From contig CAWETI010000002.1 in NCBI GenBank assembly GCA_963812015.1, positions 1,472,001 through 1,536,000 on the forward strand: 64,000 bases of DNA, read 5' to 3'. The notes below the pieces were generated by a model. The model searched no databases and had not been told where the DNA came from. It saw nothing but the letters and a program-made list of their open reading frames with translations. The position numbers were made by a program, and so were the translations under genes. This DNA comes from an uncultured delta proteobacterium. GTDB taxonomy: Bacteria > Desulfobacterota > Desulfobaccia > Desulfobaccales > 0-14-0-80-60-11. Below, in pieces: positions 56,101 to 64,000 of this stretch (position 1 is the stretch's first letter; the number at the start of each line of letters is the position of its first letter).

Positions 56101-57141
56101 TTGATTTATCAGTTTAATTCGGATAAATATAAAGAAGCGCGGCAGGGGCTGGCCGGGAACACCATGCGGTTTGGGGGGGGGATGGAGGACGGCGGCTCAC
56201 TTGACGATTGGGAAGGGCGCTTAATAGAGCGCTACCCCATGCTTCGGTATTTTACGCCGCGCTCCTTTGGGGTGGAAATCGAGTTCTTTGGGCTGAAATA
56301 CAGCGTTTCCGCCGGTGACCGGGAGGTCATTCCCCCCTACAAGATCAAGAACCGTTCCGCCGAGGGGATCTTATTGCCTCAGGTATTTCAGCGGCGGGGC
56401 ATTGTATTGAACGAATCTTCTCCCAACGAGTCCCCCTACGAAGCCTGGTCCTTTGTGCTGGACGACTCCATCAAGGGGGCCGGGGGCGGTGAACTGGTCA
56501 GTCCCATTCTCTCGGGGGTGAAGGGGCTGGTCCAAATCTATCGGATTTTCAGGCTTCTCGAAGAGTTTCCTGAAATCCAGGCGAATGAAACCTGCGGTTT
56601 CCACGTCCATCACGGCGTAGACCCGGAGAAGTTCGGCAATCGCGAACTTTTCCAGTTGCTGCGGATTGTGGCCATATTTGAAAATTACATCTATCAGTTG
56701 CTGCCGGAAGTCCGGCGCCAGGCCGAGACCTGCCGGCCCCTGGAAATTGATCTTTACGAGTGGTTTCGTCGCAATGGCTCAAAGCGACAGGTACCCCTGG
56801 TGAAGAATCTTTGGTATTCCCCCGAGAATCGGGATGACGCCAAAATGTCGCAGCAGCGCCGGCTCCATCCCACCCGCTACCATGGCCTCAACCTACATTC
56901 CTATTGGTATCGGGGCACCGTGGAATTTCGCTACTATCCTTCCGTCCTCAACCAGCCGCAAGAGTTGATGCAGTGGATTATTTTTACCCAGTTTCTGGTG
57001 GAGTGGGGCGCAGGCCGGCGGCCGCAACTGGATTACGTCGCCAAACCCAATAAGTGGCTCAATACCTTATATAAGATTTATCTGGGGGCCGGGATGATGG
57101 ACCACATCCGGTTTCCAAAGACCGGGAGGCAAGAAGATTAA
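56101..57141 (+). CDS. Putative amidoligase (COOH-NH2 ligase, Amidoligase_2-like)
   Basis: FGVEIEF, DDSI, ELVSPIL, CGFHVH, RYHGLNL, TVEFR; true start possibly 56164 or 56182. Confidence 0.85.
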   Translation: MIYQFNSDKYKEARQGLAGNTMRFGGGMEDGGSLDDWEGRLIERYPMLRYFTPRSFGVEIEFFGLKYSVSAGDREVIPPYKIKNRSAEGILLPQVFQRRGIVLNESSPNESPYEAWSFVLDDSIKGAGGGELVSPILSGVKGLVQIYRIFRLLEEFPEIQANETCGFHVHHGVDPEKFGNRELFQLLRIVAIFENYIYQLLPEVRRQAETCRPLEIDLYEWFRRNGSKRQVPLVKNLWYSPENRDDAKMSQQRRLHPTRYHGLNLHSYWYRGTVEFRYYPSVLNQPQELMQWIIFTQFLVEWGAGRRPQLDYVAKPNKWLNTLYKIYLGAGMMDHIRFPKTGRQED

Positions 57142-57144
57142 CCT

Positions 57145-57501
57145 ATGACCACCTCTGGACTGCAAACCCATGATTTTTTGATGCGATTAGAGAAGGCGGG
57201 GAATAGTCTGCCGCCGTTGTTGCTGGAATTGGCGGGAGTGATGCGGCGGATGATCGAGACCATCGAGCGGCCCCAACTGGAGGACATCACGGGCTTACAG
57301 GCGGATTTGCGCCAGTTGATCGGCGACCCGCAGCATCTTCGGGATATCTGCGGCACTGAAGGCCGGCTCTGCTCCCAATGCCCGTTCGGGGCGTACCTGC
57401 CTTCCGGCTTTCCCCATGCTTCCGAGCAGCAGGCCCTGTGCCTTCCCTGGATCGTGATCGTTCATCCCCAGCCCACCACCGCCCCTGCTGCAAGTCAATG
57501 A
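57145..57501 (+). CDS. Hypothetical protein with Cys cluster
   Basis: 3 nt after amidoligase stop; C-x6-C-x2-C...C. Confidence 0.6.
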   Translation: MTTSGLQTHDFLMRLEKAGNSLPPLLLELAGVMRRMIETIERPQLEDITGLQADLRQLIGDPQHLRDICGTEGRLCSQCPFGAYLPSGFPHASEQQALCLPWIVIVHPQPTTAPAASQ

Positions 57502-57560
57502 AGTAATCCCCGGCCGGAAAAGTTCAAAGTTCAAAGTTCAGCGTTAATGAAGGGTTGATT

Positions 57561-57935
57561 TTAAACCGGCAAGACTGCTTGGACTCCCAGGAAGGCAGAA
57601 AGATTCTGAATGGTTGGCGAGTCCGGGTCCTGGGGGAGATCCCACAGCACGATGAGCATGGCCCCCATGACGCCCTGCCCCCAGGAGCAGCTGCATTTAA
57701 TAGTGGGTTCCAGGCGAGGCGCTCCCAGGATTTCCGTGAGGCGGGCGATGAATTCCCGTCCCTGGGTGGAGGCCGGCACGTTCAAGGAGACCTGGTCGCG
57801 GTAGAGGGTGAGAGAGAATTCCACCTCGTCATCCACCTCGGGATGATCAATCCGACGGGCGCGTCCTTCCACCATGGCCACCTTGCGGCGCTGTTCCTGG
57901 GTATCGATGGCTATATGCCAATCCTGAGGCACCAT
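57561..57935 (-). CDS. Hypothetical protein, paralog of 59102-59500
   Basis: GAGGTG RBS; aligns by eye with upstream ORF. Confidence 0.75.
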   Translation of the reverse strand: MVPQDWHIAIDTQEQRRKVAMVEGRARRIDHPEVDDEVEFSLTLYRDQVSLNVPASTQGREFIARLTEILGAPRLEPTIKCSCSWGQGVMGAMLIVLWDLPQDPDSPTIQNLSAFLGVQAVLPV

Positions 57936-57936
57936 A

Positions 57937-58116
57937 TCACCTCGGTTCGATGGGACATTGACCGGAACCCCACGGGTTGCGCCGGTATACAGGCCGGAGA
58001 TGGTTGCCCCCTAAGGTGTGCAAGGCAACCGCACTCACGTAAATGACGAGAAACGCCAGGGAGAACCACAGGCCGAGGTGGCGGCGCCCCTGGGGAATGC
58101 CGGTGATTCAGGTCAC
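57937..58116 (-). pseudogene. Cryptic 59-codon membrane ORF with in-frame TGA at codon 3
   Basis: GTG ACC TGA then ITGIPQGRRHLGLWFSLAFLVIYVSAVALHTLGG...; GC3-rich codons; exactly fills the intergenic gap. Confidence 0.4.
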
Positions 58117-59105
58117 ATCAGCTCTTTTAACTTGGCGGCAAAGCCCGGGAGTTGGATGGCTTCGTCCACCCTTCCTAACCCCAGGAGGGCAAAGCCTTTG
58201 CCCAGCACCGCTTCTTCCAGGTCCGGGGCCACCTTTAGAATTTTGTTAAAAACCTCCAGGGCCTCATCGTAGTGCTGGAGCTCCGTCAGGGTAGTGCCTT
58301 TATAGACCAGGGCCTCCATGTTGGCAGGGTCCAGCATCAAGGTCATATTGTAGCATTCCAGGGCTTTTTCAGGGCGGCCGGCTTCAGTAAGCATCCGGGC
58401 GGCGTCCAGGTACGGCTGGCGGGGGTCTTCTTCCTGCTCCTTCCGGGTTTCGATATAGGCGTTGAGCACGTGGTCGCTACCGTCGGAGAAGGCCGGCATA
58501 CCGTGGCCCGGGAGGAGAAAATCCACCGGGTAGGGCACCAGGCGGGCCAGGGAGGCAATTTGTTGATCCAGACTGCCCAACTGCTTATCCGCGCCCGCCA
58601 GGACGTTTTCGGTGGGGCTGCTGGGAAACACGGTATCACCGGAAAAGAGGATGCGGTTGTGGTGCTCGTAGAGGCAGATATCACCCTTGGTGTGGCCGGG
58701 AGTAGGGATGACCTCCAGGAGGTAGGGCCCCACCGGGATGCGCTCGCCGCCTCGCAACATCACCACCTGGTCGATGCGGCCGGATTTTTCCATGATCTGC
58801 ATGAAGGGGACGTTGCGAAAATTGATATACGGCAGGGTGTCCATGTGGCCGTAGACCTTGGGTTTGGCCCAGTCGAAGAGCTCGCCCATCCCCCCCACGT
58901 GATCGAAGTGGCAGTGGGTGATGAACAGATGTTCCAGGCGGGAGATATCGAACTCCTGGCTTAACTCATGGAGCATGCCGTAAAAGTTGCCGGCGTCGAT
59001 GAGGGCTCGGCCTTCATCCAGGACATAGACATTGCAGCTCATGCCGGCTTCTTCCACCCACCAGATACCTTCAAGCCTTGGGTCGTATTCACCCAGATGG
59101 ATCAT
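58113..59105 (-). CDS. MBL-fold metallo-hydrolase with C-terminal TPR repeats
   Basis: THCHFDH, TPGHT, FSGD, PGHG; TPR-like ALECYN..L.LDP; ATG 59105 after AGGAGG. Confidence 0.9.
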   Translation of the reverse strand: MIHLGEYDPRLEGIWWVEEAGMSCNVYVLDEGRALIDAGNFYGMLHELSQEFDISRLEHLFITHCHFDHVGGMGELFDWAKPKVYGHMDTLPYINFRNVPFMQIMEKSGRIDQVVMLRGGERIPVGPYLLEVIPTPGHTKGDICLYEHHNRILFSGDTVFPSSPTENVLAGADKQLGSLDQQIASLARLVPYPVDFLLPGHGMPAFSDGSDHVLNAYIETRKEQEEDPRQPYLDAARMLTEAGRPEKALECYNMTLMLDPANMEALVYKGTTLTELQHYDEALEVFNKILKVAPDLEEAVLGKGFALLGLGRVDEAIQLPGFAAKLKELM

Positions 59106-59500
59106 TGCGCCTCCTGACCAGGTTGTTTGTCCGGGGCCGCACCGGTAAGGGATTGGCCCATAATTTCCTCCAAGCGCCGGAGCATGGCCTGGCGCTCGTC
59201 GGCCGGGAACCGCCATTCCACCAGCAATAAGGCGCCTTCCTCCTCATCCTGACGGCCGCCCACCTGGGTCCGGGGGGGCTCCACCGGCTGGCCCAGGAGG
59301 GTGAACAGGTGGTCCAGCAGGCGCTCGCCGTCGAAATCCCGACTCACTTCCAGGGAGAGATGATCCCGGCCCATCACGGCATAAAAGAAAAGTTCATCGT
59401 GATAAGGCCGCTCATAGGGCGGGGAGACGTGCCCTTCCAGAATAAGTCGGCGAGGGCGGGCATCCCGTTGCAGGATACGAAATTTCCAGTCTCCAGCCAC
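59102..59500 (-). CDS. Hypothetical protein, paralog of 57561-57935
   Basis: GTG at 59500 after AAGGA; stop overlaps MBL start (ATGA). Confidence 0.75.
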   Translation of the reverse strand: MAGDWKFRILQRDARPRRLILEGHVSPPYERPYHDELFFYAVMGRDHLSLEVSRDFDGERLLDHLFTLLGQPVEPPRTQVGGRQDEEEGALLLVEWRFPADERQAMLRRLEEIMGQSLTGAAPDKQPGQEAQ

Positions 59501-59605
59501 AGTTGCGGTCCTTGACAAGGTTGTGGGGATTTTACCTGGTTTAGGGTGGGATGTCAAACCGGGCGGGGTCGAGGTGGGCTGGTCCCTAAGGCTCCGTAGT
59601 CGTTA

Positions 59606-59634
59606 CCATCAAATCGAAATCAGATTAAATCTGA
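59606..59634. repeat. 29-bp dispersed repeat (copy 2)
   Basis: CCATCAAATCGAAATCAGATTAAATCTGA; 27/29 identical to 14770-14798. Confidence 0.8.
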
Positions 59635-59648
59635 CAGGGAGTTGGGAG

Positions 59649-59693
59649 CAGGGCCGCTTTTCCCCGGCATAGTTCCCGGGAAAAGCGGCCCTG
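59649..59693. terminator. 16-bp perfect stem-loop downstream of the 833-aa gene
   Basis: CAGGGCCGCTTTTCCC / GGGAAAAGCGGCCCTG. Confidence 0.6.
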
Positions 59694-59748
59694 GTGGGGA
59701 GTGCGAGTTATTGCTGAATTTTTGCTGGAAGCAGGTTTCTCTGATTAT

Positions 59749-62250
59749 TTAACGTCGCCGTCCCCCTCCACCCCGTTGGCCGCCGCCGCCGCCTCCTCTC
59801 GGAGCGCCGCCACCACCCCCGCCGCCGCTAATCCTGGCCCCTCCCCCGCCGGATGGCTGGCTGGGGCGTGCCACAGGGGCTGACTGGGCCCGCTGGAAAT
59901 TCTGGCTACGGGTCTGGCCGCGTTCTCGGGCCTGGAATTCCCGGTTCATGCGGGTGGAATCGAAGCCGGGCTGCCTAGCCTGGGAGGGTCGGGTGGCCGT
60001 ACGGACCGGGGCCTGAGGTTTGCTCCACTGGTTGCCCTGCCGGGTTTGCCAGTTGCCTTGGGAGTCCCGGCGGTGCACATTACCTTGTTTATCAGCGAAA
60101 ACGTTATTCCTGCCGGGCGCGGGGAGCACCTTGGGTTGGGCCGGTCGAGGCACGCCTGCAGGTCTGGTAGCCTGAGCTGGGCGGGGTCTGGACACCCCCA
60201 GTTTGACGGCCTGCGCCGGAAGAGTAGTAGATTTGCCAGGCCGGGAGGCCAGGAGATTCTGATTCCCGGGGCGGGTATAGAGGTTAGGGCGGCGGCTGGG
60301 CAGCGTGGTAGGACTCCCAGGTCCTACTCCTGATCTGCCAGGCCGTGCCGGACCCTCTCCGGGTTTCCACCCCGGCCGTTCGCCAGGTCCCCATCCCGGC
60401 CTTTGCCCAGGCTGGTAACTAGGCCAACGGTTGCCAGGATTCCAAGGCCGGTTATAGATATTATTATGAACGATATTGATATTATTAGCATAATACCCTC
60501 CGGAGCCCCACCAGCCGCCTCCATACCAGCCACCGTGCCACCACCCGCTGGTAGCGACTCCCGTGACATATCCCAGTCCGAAGCCCACGAGACCAGGACC
60601 GAGCCAGTCCCAGGGAGTGTAATAAGAGGGCTGGTAGTCCCAGCTGGCGTCATAAGGATCGTAGGTGGCGGCGTAGCCGTAGGTCGACTGGTAGGGGATA
60701 TAGGCATCGGCCGCGGCATAAGAGGGGTAGTCGTAGCCCGTGCCGTAGACTACGGTGCCGTTGTCCACGTATGAGCCGGTATACCCAGGAGTGTAGCCCA
60801 CGGTCACCGTATCGTCTGTGGAGCCATAGACCTTGACATACTTGGCGTTATAGTGAGGGTTGCTGGCAGGGAGGTTGTTGACTTCTTGCGGAGGACTTGC
60901 ACATACCTGCCAGGGGCCGTTGGGGGAGTCGGCTTCATACCAGACCCCCTGGTCCACGGCGTAGTACTTGGCGCCCTCTTGAAAGACCGCAGTTCCCGTG
61001 TTTGTTGCGTATTCCAGGGTCGTGCCGGGGATTTTTTCAAACGTGGGGTTCCCGACATACTTGACTTCCATGGCGGCCTTTTTTTTATCGATTACCGCAG
61101 TCTGCGGAATAGAATTATCCAGTACCGCTTCTCTGGCCAGTTGGGTGCCGGCCACGCTCGCCAACACGAACCCCTTGGCTGAACCCGGGGGAATTTTGGC
61201 AAAGTCCGGCGGCAGCTTATCTGAAGCCAGATAACTCCAGGGCCCGTCCTTAAGGGACTTGGACCCAAACCATCGGCCGGAGAGGAGAGTGTAGTATTCC
61301 TGGGAACCCATATCCATGAAGATATTGTTCTCGGTGTTGCTTACGAAAAGCAGATTGGTGTCCGGGATGGGGGTGTATTGCGGCTCTCCTTCGGTAACCA
61401 GCAGTTCTGCCGGAACCGTGCTGACGACGATCTCCGGCATCTCACCGCCTTCTTTTTTCACTTCTTTCTTGGGCATCTCCCGGTCGTCTTTATTGGTGAC
61501 TACCTTTTTCCCCTCCAGCTGGGCGGTCAAAGTCTTCAGGGCCTGGGGGAGACTCTCCACATCTTTCCAGGGTCCCACGACGTTGGCGGCCGAGAGCCAG
61601 GTGTCACCGCCTTTCAGGTAATAGACCTTTGCAGCCGGGTCGTAAAATATGAAGAAGGGCGTGTTCACCATCTGCATGAGCTTGGAGTCGGGAATGGGGA
61701 GAAGCTTGGGGTCACCATCCACCATCACCAGGACCACGGGATGGGTTGTGAAGATGATCTTGGGGGGGGCGTTCTGTAAACCTTGGTCTGCGGCCCTCTC
61801 TTTCTCCACCACCGCCAGGGCGGCCAACAGCCGGTCGAGGGAAATGGTGACTTTCCAATCCTTCATCTCTTCGTTCAAGAACTTCTTCCCCTCCTCCAAT
61901 TTCTCCGGCTTGGCGTTCGGAAACCTGAGGTCCGTCACCTTAATGTCATCAATGGTGGACATACGGGTATCCCGCTCGGTCATGACCCGGCCTTCGAGCC
62001 AGACCGCGCCGAAGACCGGCTGCTTCCAGCCCTTCTTTTGAAAGGATATGGCGGCATAGGTCGTCAGTTTATCGCCTTTGAAATCCTCCAGTTGGGGTTG
62101 GTACATGACCAGGGTGCCCTTGGGGTGTTCGAAACGCCTGGGCCATTTGTCCTGTTCCGACCAGCTTTTCCCTGGGAAAACCAGGATCACGCCAAGCGCC
62201 ATCACCACCAAAACCCATACGCAAGCTGAAACCTCCCGCTTCTTCATCAT
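59749..62250 (-). CDS. Large exported hypothetical protein with Tyr/Trp/Gly-rich region and Pro/Arg/Gly-rich low-complexity tail
   Basis: Signal peptide, repeated W..S....GPW motifs, long ORF with AAGGAG RBS. Confidence 0.8.
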   Translation of the reverse strand: MMKKREVSACVWVLVVMALGVILVFPGKSWSEQDKWPRRFEHPKGTLVMYQPQLEDFKGDKLTTYAAISFQKKGWKQPVFGAVWLEGRVMTERDTRMSTIDDIKVTDLRFPNAKPEKLEEGKKFLNEEMKDWKVTISLDRLLAALAVVEKERAADQGLQNAPPKIIFTTHPVVLVMVDGDPKLLPIPDSKLMQMVNTPFFIFYDPAAKVYYLKGGDTWLSAANVVGPWKDVESLPQALKTLTAQLEGKKVVTNKDDREMPKKEVKKEGGEMPEIVVSTVPAELLVTEGEPQYTPIPDTNLLFVSNTENNIFMDMGSQEYYTLLSGRWFGSKSLKDGPWSYLASDKLPPDFAKIPPGSAKGFVLASVAGTQLAREAVLDNSIPQTAVIDKKKAAMEVKYVGNPTFEKIPGTTLEYATNTGTAVFQEGAKYYAVDQGVWYEADSPNGPWQVCASPPQEVNNLPASNPHYNAKYVKVYGSTDDTVTVGYTPGYTGSYVDNGTVVYGTGYDYPSYAAADAYIPYQSTYGYAATYDPYDASWDYQPSYYTPWDWLGPGLVGFGLGYVTGVATSGWWHGGWYGGGWWGSGGYYANNINIVHNNIYNRPWNPGNRWPSYQPGQRPGWGPGERPGWKPGEGPARPGRSGVGPGSPTTLPSRRPNLYTRPGNQNLLASRPGKSTTLPAQAVKLGVSRPRPAQATRPAGVPRPAQPKVLPAPGRNNVFADKQGNVHRRDSQGNWQTRQGNQWSKPQAPVRTATRPSQARQPGFDSTRMNREFQARERGQTRSQNFQRAQSAPVARPSQPSGGGGARISGGGGGGGAPRGGGGGGQRGGGGRRR

Positions 62251-62565
62251 GCTCTCCTTGTTGCCCTGAAAACTCCAGGAAAGTCCACTGATTCGTCGGT
62301 TACCTTTGAATCTACCAGATTTTTTTTAGTTTACAAAAGATTCCTGATTACCCTTTCTTGATATTATCCCTCACGGGCTCAAGACCCGCCTAAAACAAGA
62401 GCAACGAAAGGCGCCAGGAGTTGACAACTTGCCATATCCGTAAAGTATAAAGAGAATAACCTAGGTGCGGGTATGAGCCGCATAACGAAAGGGGGGTTTT
62501 AGGAGGGACTTCTGGAACTGGGGGATAGGAGGTCTCCGAAAACTCTGGCAGGAGTCTCGAACTCA

Positions 62566-62683
62566 TTGCAGAACCTCTTTTGGCGCCAGTTGGTCATTCT
62601 GAGCAAAGCGAGGAATCTAGTCTTTCCAATAACCTAGACTCTGCGCGGGCGTTCAGGGTGACACAAAAAACCGGTTTTGGAAT
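62566..62683. repeat. Palindromic MITE-like element
   Basis: GTCATTCTGAGC...TCTAG/CTAGA...GTTCAGGGTGAC nested in ATTGCAGAACC / GGTTTTGGAAT. Confidence 0.6.
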
Positions 62684-62848
62684 AGCTTCTTATCCGTCCC
62701 CGGCCCTCGCCCGATTCAGCTCCGGGACCTACCGGGGTTGTTTGGTCAGCCGCATCAACATTGATGACGGTCGTTGGGTGGTTGGCGGTTGATCCTGAGA
62801 GCAACCTGCTTGAACAAAAGCATCAGACTTTATCCGACAGCTACTGCT

Positions 62849-64000
62849 TCACCACAGTTTGATGCCGAAAAAATTCCGCATATTTTGGAGCAGCCAATGG
62901 GTGGTGGTTTCCTCTTCCCCATCGCCGGTCTGGGCGCTGGTGGCCGCTTCAATCTTCCGGAGTCGAATTTTCCGGGCGGCCATCACGGCGCTGATTTTTT
63001 CCAAAAGTTCCGGACTTTCCTGAAAAATAGGGATGAGAATTTCTTTGCTGATTTCATAACAGATCAGCTCGGTTTCCGCTTGGGCGGAGGCTGCCCGGGG
63101 CTCTCCGGTTAATAAGGCCATTTCCCCAAAGAACCCGCCGGGCTGAATATGCGCTACCCATATATTCGTTCCTGCCGCGTCCTTGACCAGGATATTGACC
63201 AGGCCCTCCTCGACGATAAAGAGCGAGGAGCCTGCCTCATCCTGAGTTACGATGAATTCCTGGGCGCTATACTTTTTTCTCTCCATGCCCTCGGCTATCC
63301 TGGTCAGGTAGTTCTCACCCATGATTTTAAAAAACTCGATACCTCTAATCAGCTCGAGTTTTACCAGCTCTTCCTCTCGCCTGCCGTTATTTTCCGGCAC
63401 CAGGCGCTGGTCTATCCGGTTGTAGGATAAGTCGATGCCGGCAACGTGCAGATGCTTTAAGACGTTTTCGTGCACGACTTTCGTGACCTGAACGTTTTCC
63501 GCATAATCGCTCACCCAAAACCAGAGACACCAGAGCACCCCGCGGGGGTCAAACTTCCGGAGGATTACTTGGGGCTCCGGTTCCTGCATAATTCCCGGCG
63601 TACTCAGAAGCGCGGCCATCAGGATGCGTTTGGCCCTTTCCGTGGCAATGGTGTCGCTCAAAGTGACCTGGACTTCCGCCCGGTAATGCCGCTCGGGGAT
63701 ACTGTAATTGATGAACTTGGTCCTGGCCATCTCGCTGTTGGGAATAACGATGATTTCGTCTGCCTTGGTATGCAGGCGAGTGGCTCGCCAGTTAATTTCC
63801 ACCACCCGGCCGATCATGGAACCGCCAGGGCGGGAGCGCATCTCAACTTCCATCCAATCGCCGATATTGTAGGCCCGCTCCACGCTCAGGGCCACGCCGG
63901 AGAACACATCGGATATCATGCGGGTGATGGCTAAGCCGATGACGGCAGCCAAAACACTGGAGCCGGCGATGAGGCCGGAAAGGGGGGCATGCAAGACAAA
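62849..64000 (-). CDS. MscS-family channel with C-terminal cNMP-binding domain, 5' end outside window
   Basis: IGDW, INWRAT, IPNS; GFFGEMALLTGEPRAASAQA; frame open to window edge. Confidence 0.9.
   Translation of the reverse strand, partial: FVLHAPLSGLIAGSSVLAAVIGLAITRMISDVFSGVALSVERAYNIGDWMEVEMRSRPGGSMIGRVVEINWRATRLHTKADEIIVIPNSEMARTKFINYSIPERHYRAEVQVTLSDTIATERAKRILMAALLSTPGIMQEPEPQVILRKFDPRGVLWCLWFWVSDYAENVQVTKVVHENVLKHLHVAGIDLSYNRIDQRLVPENNGRREEELVKLELIRGIEFFKIMGENYLTRIAEGMERKKYSAQEFIVTQDEAGSSLFIVEEGLVNILVKDAAGTNIWVAHIQPGGFFGEMALLTGEPRAASAQAETELICYEISKEILIPIFQESPELLEKISAVMAARKIRLRKIEAATSAQTGDGEEETTTHWLLQNMRNFFGIKLW

Noticed and set aside
62421..62451. TTGACA-based promoter
   Set aside because: Spacing to candidate -10 boxes is 14 or 19 nt; the adjacent TTGCCA-17 arrangement fits better.

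Overview
High-GC bacterial chromosomal window, probably Desulfobacterota (Desulfobacca-like; inferred from gene content and protein style, not tested). Its core (20.5-54.6 kb) is an uninterrupted translation/transcription supercluster: 4 tRNAs, tuf, rpmG, tRNA-Trp, secE-nusG-rplKAJL-rpoBC-rpsLG-fusA-tuf, then the S10, spc and alpha operons through rplQ. rpsH carries a 1-base frameshift in a G run. The left flank has an M-box-controlled MgtE-cytosolic/Nramp Mg2+ module, MscS, a lytic transglycosylase, comEC, nfo, an LptF/G permease, HU and selA. It also has a lower-GC island (14.8-20.2 kb) with a c-di-GMP-I riboswitch, a double-Cache protein and an output-less sensor. The right flank has NlpC/P60, an amidoligase, an MBL-TPR hydrolase flanked by two paralogous unknown proteins, a large secreted protein and a partial MscS-cNMP gene. 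The most striking unexplained structure is non-coding. At least seven ribosomal-operon gene junctions hold hairpins built from inverted arrays of 7- or 8-nt tandem repeats. Two unrelated accessory segments are bracketed by the same pair of conserved non-coding motifs. comEC contains a sharply bounded low-GC in-frame patch. No transposase, integrase, reverse transcriptase, CRISPR array or rRNA was seen.
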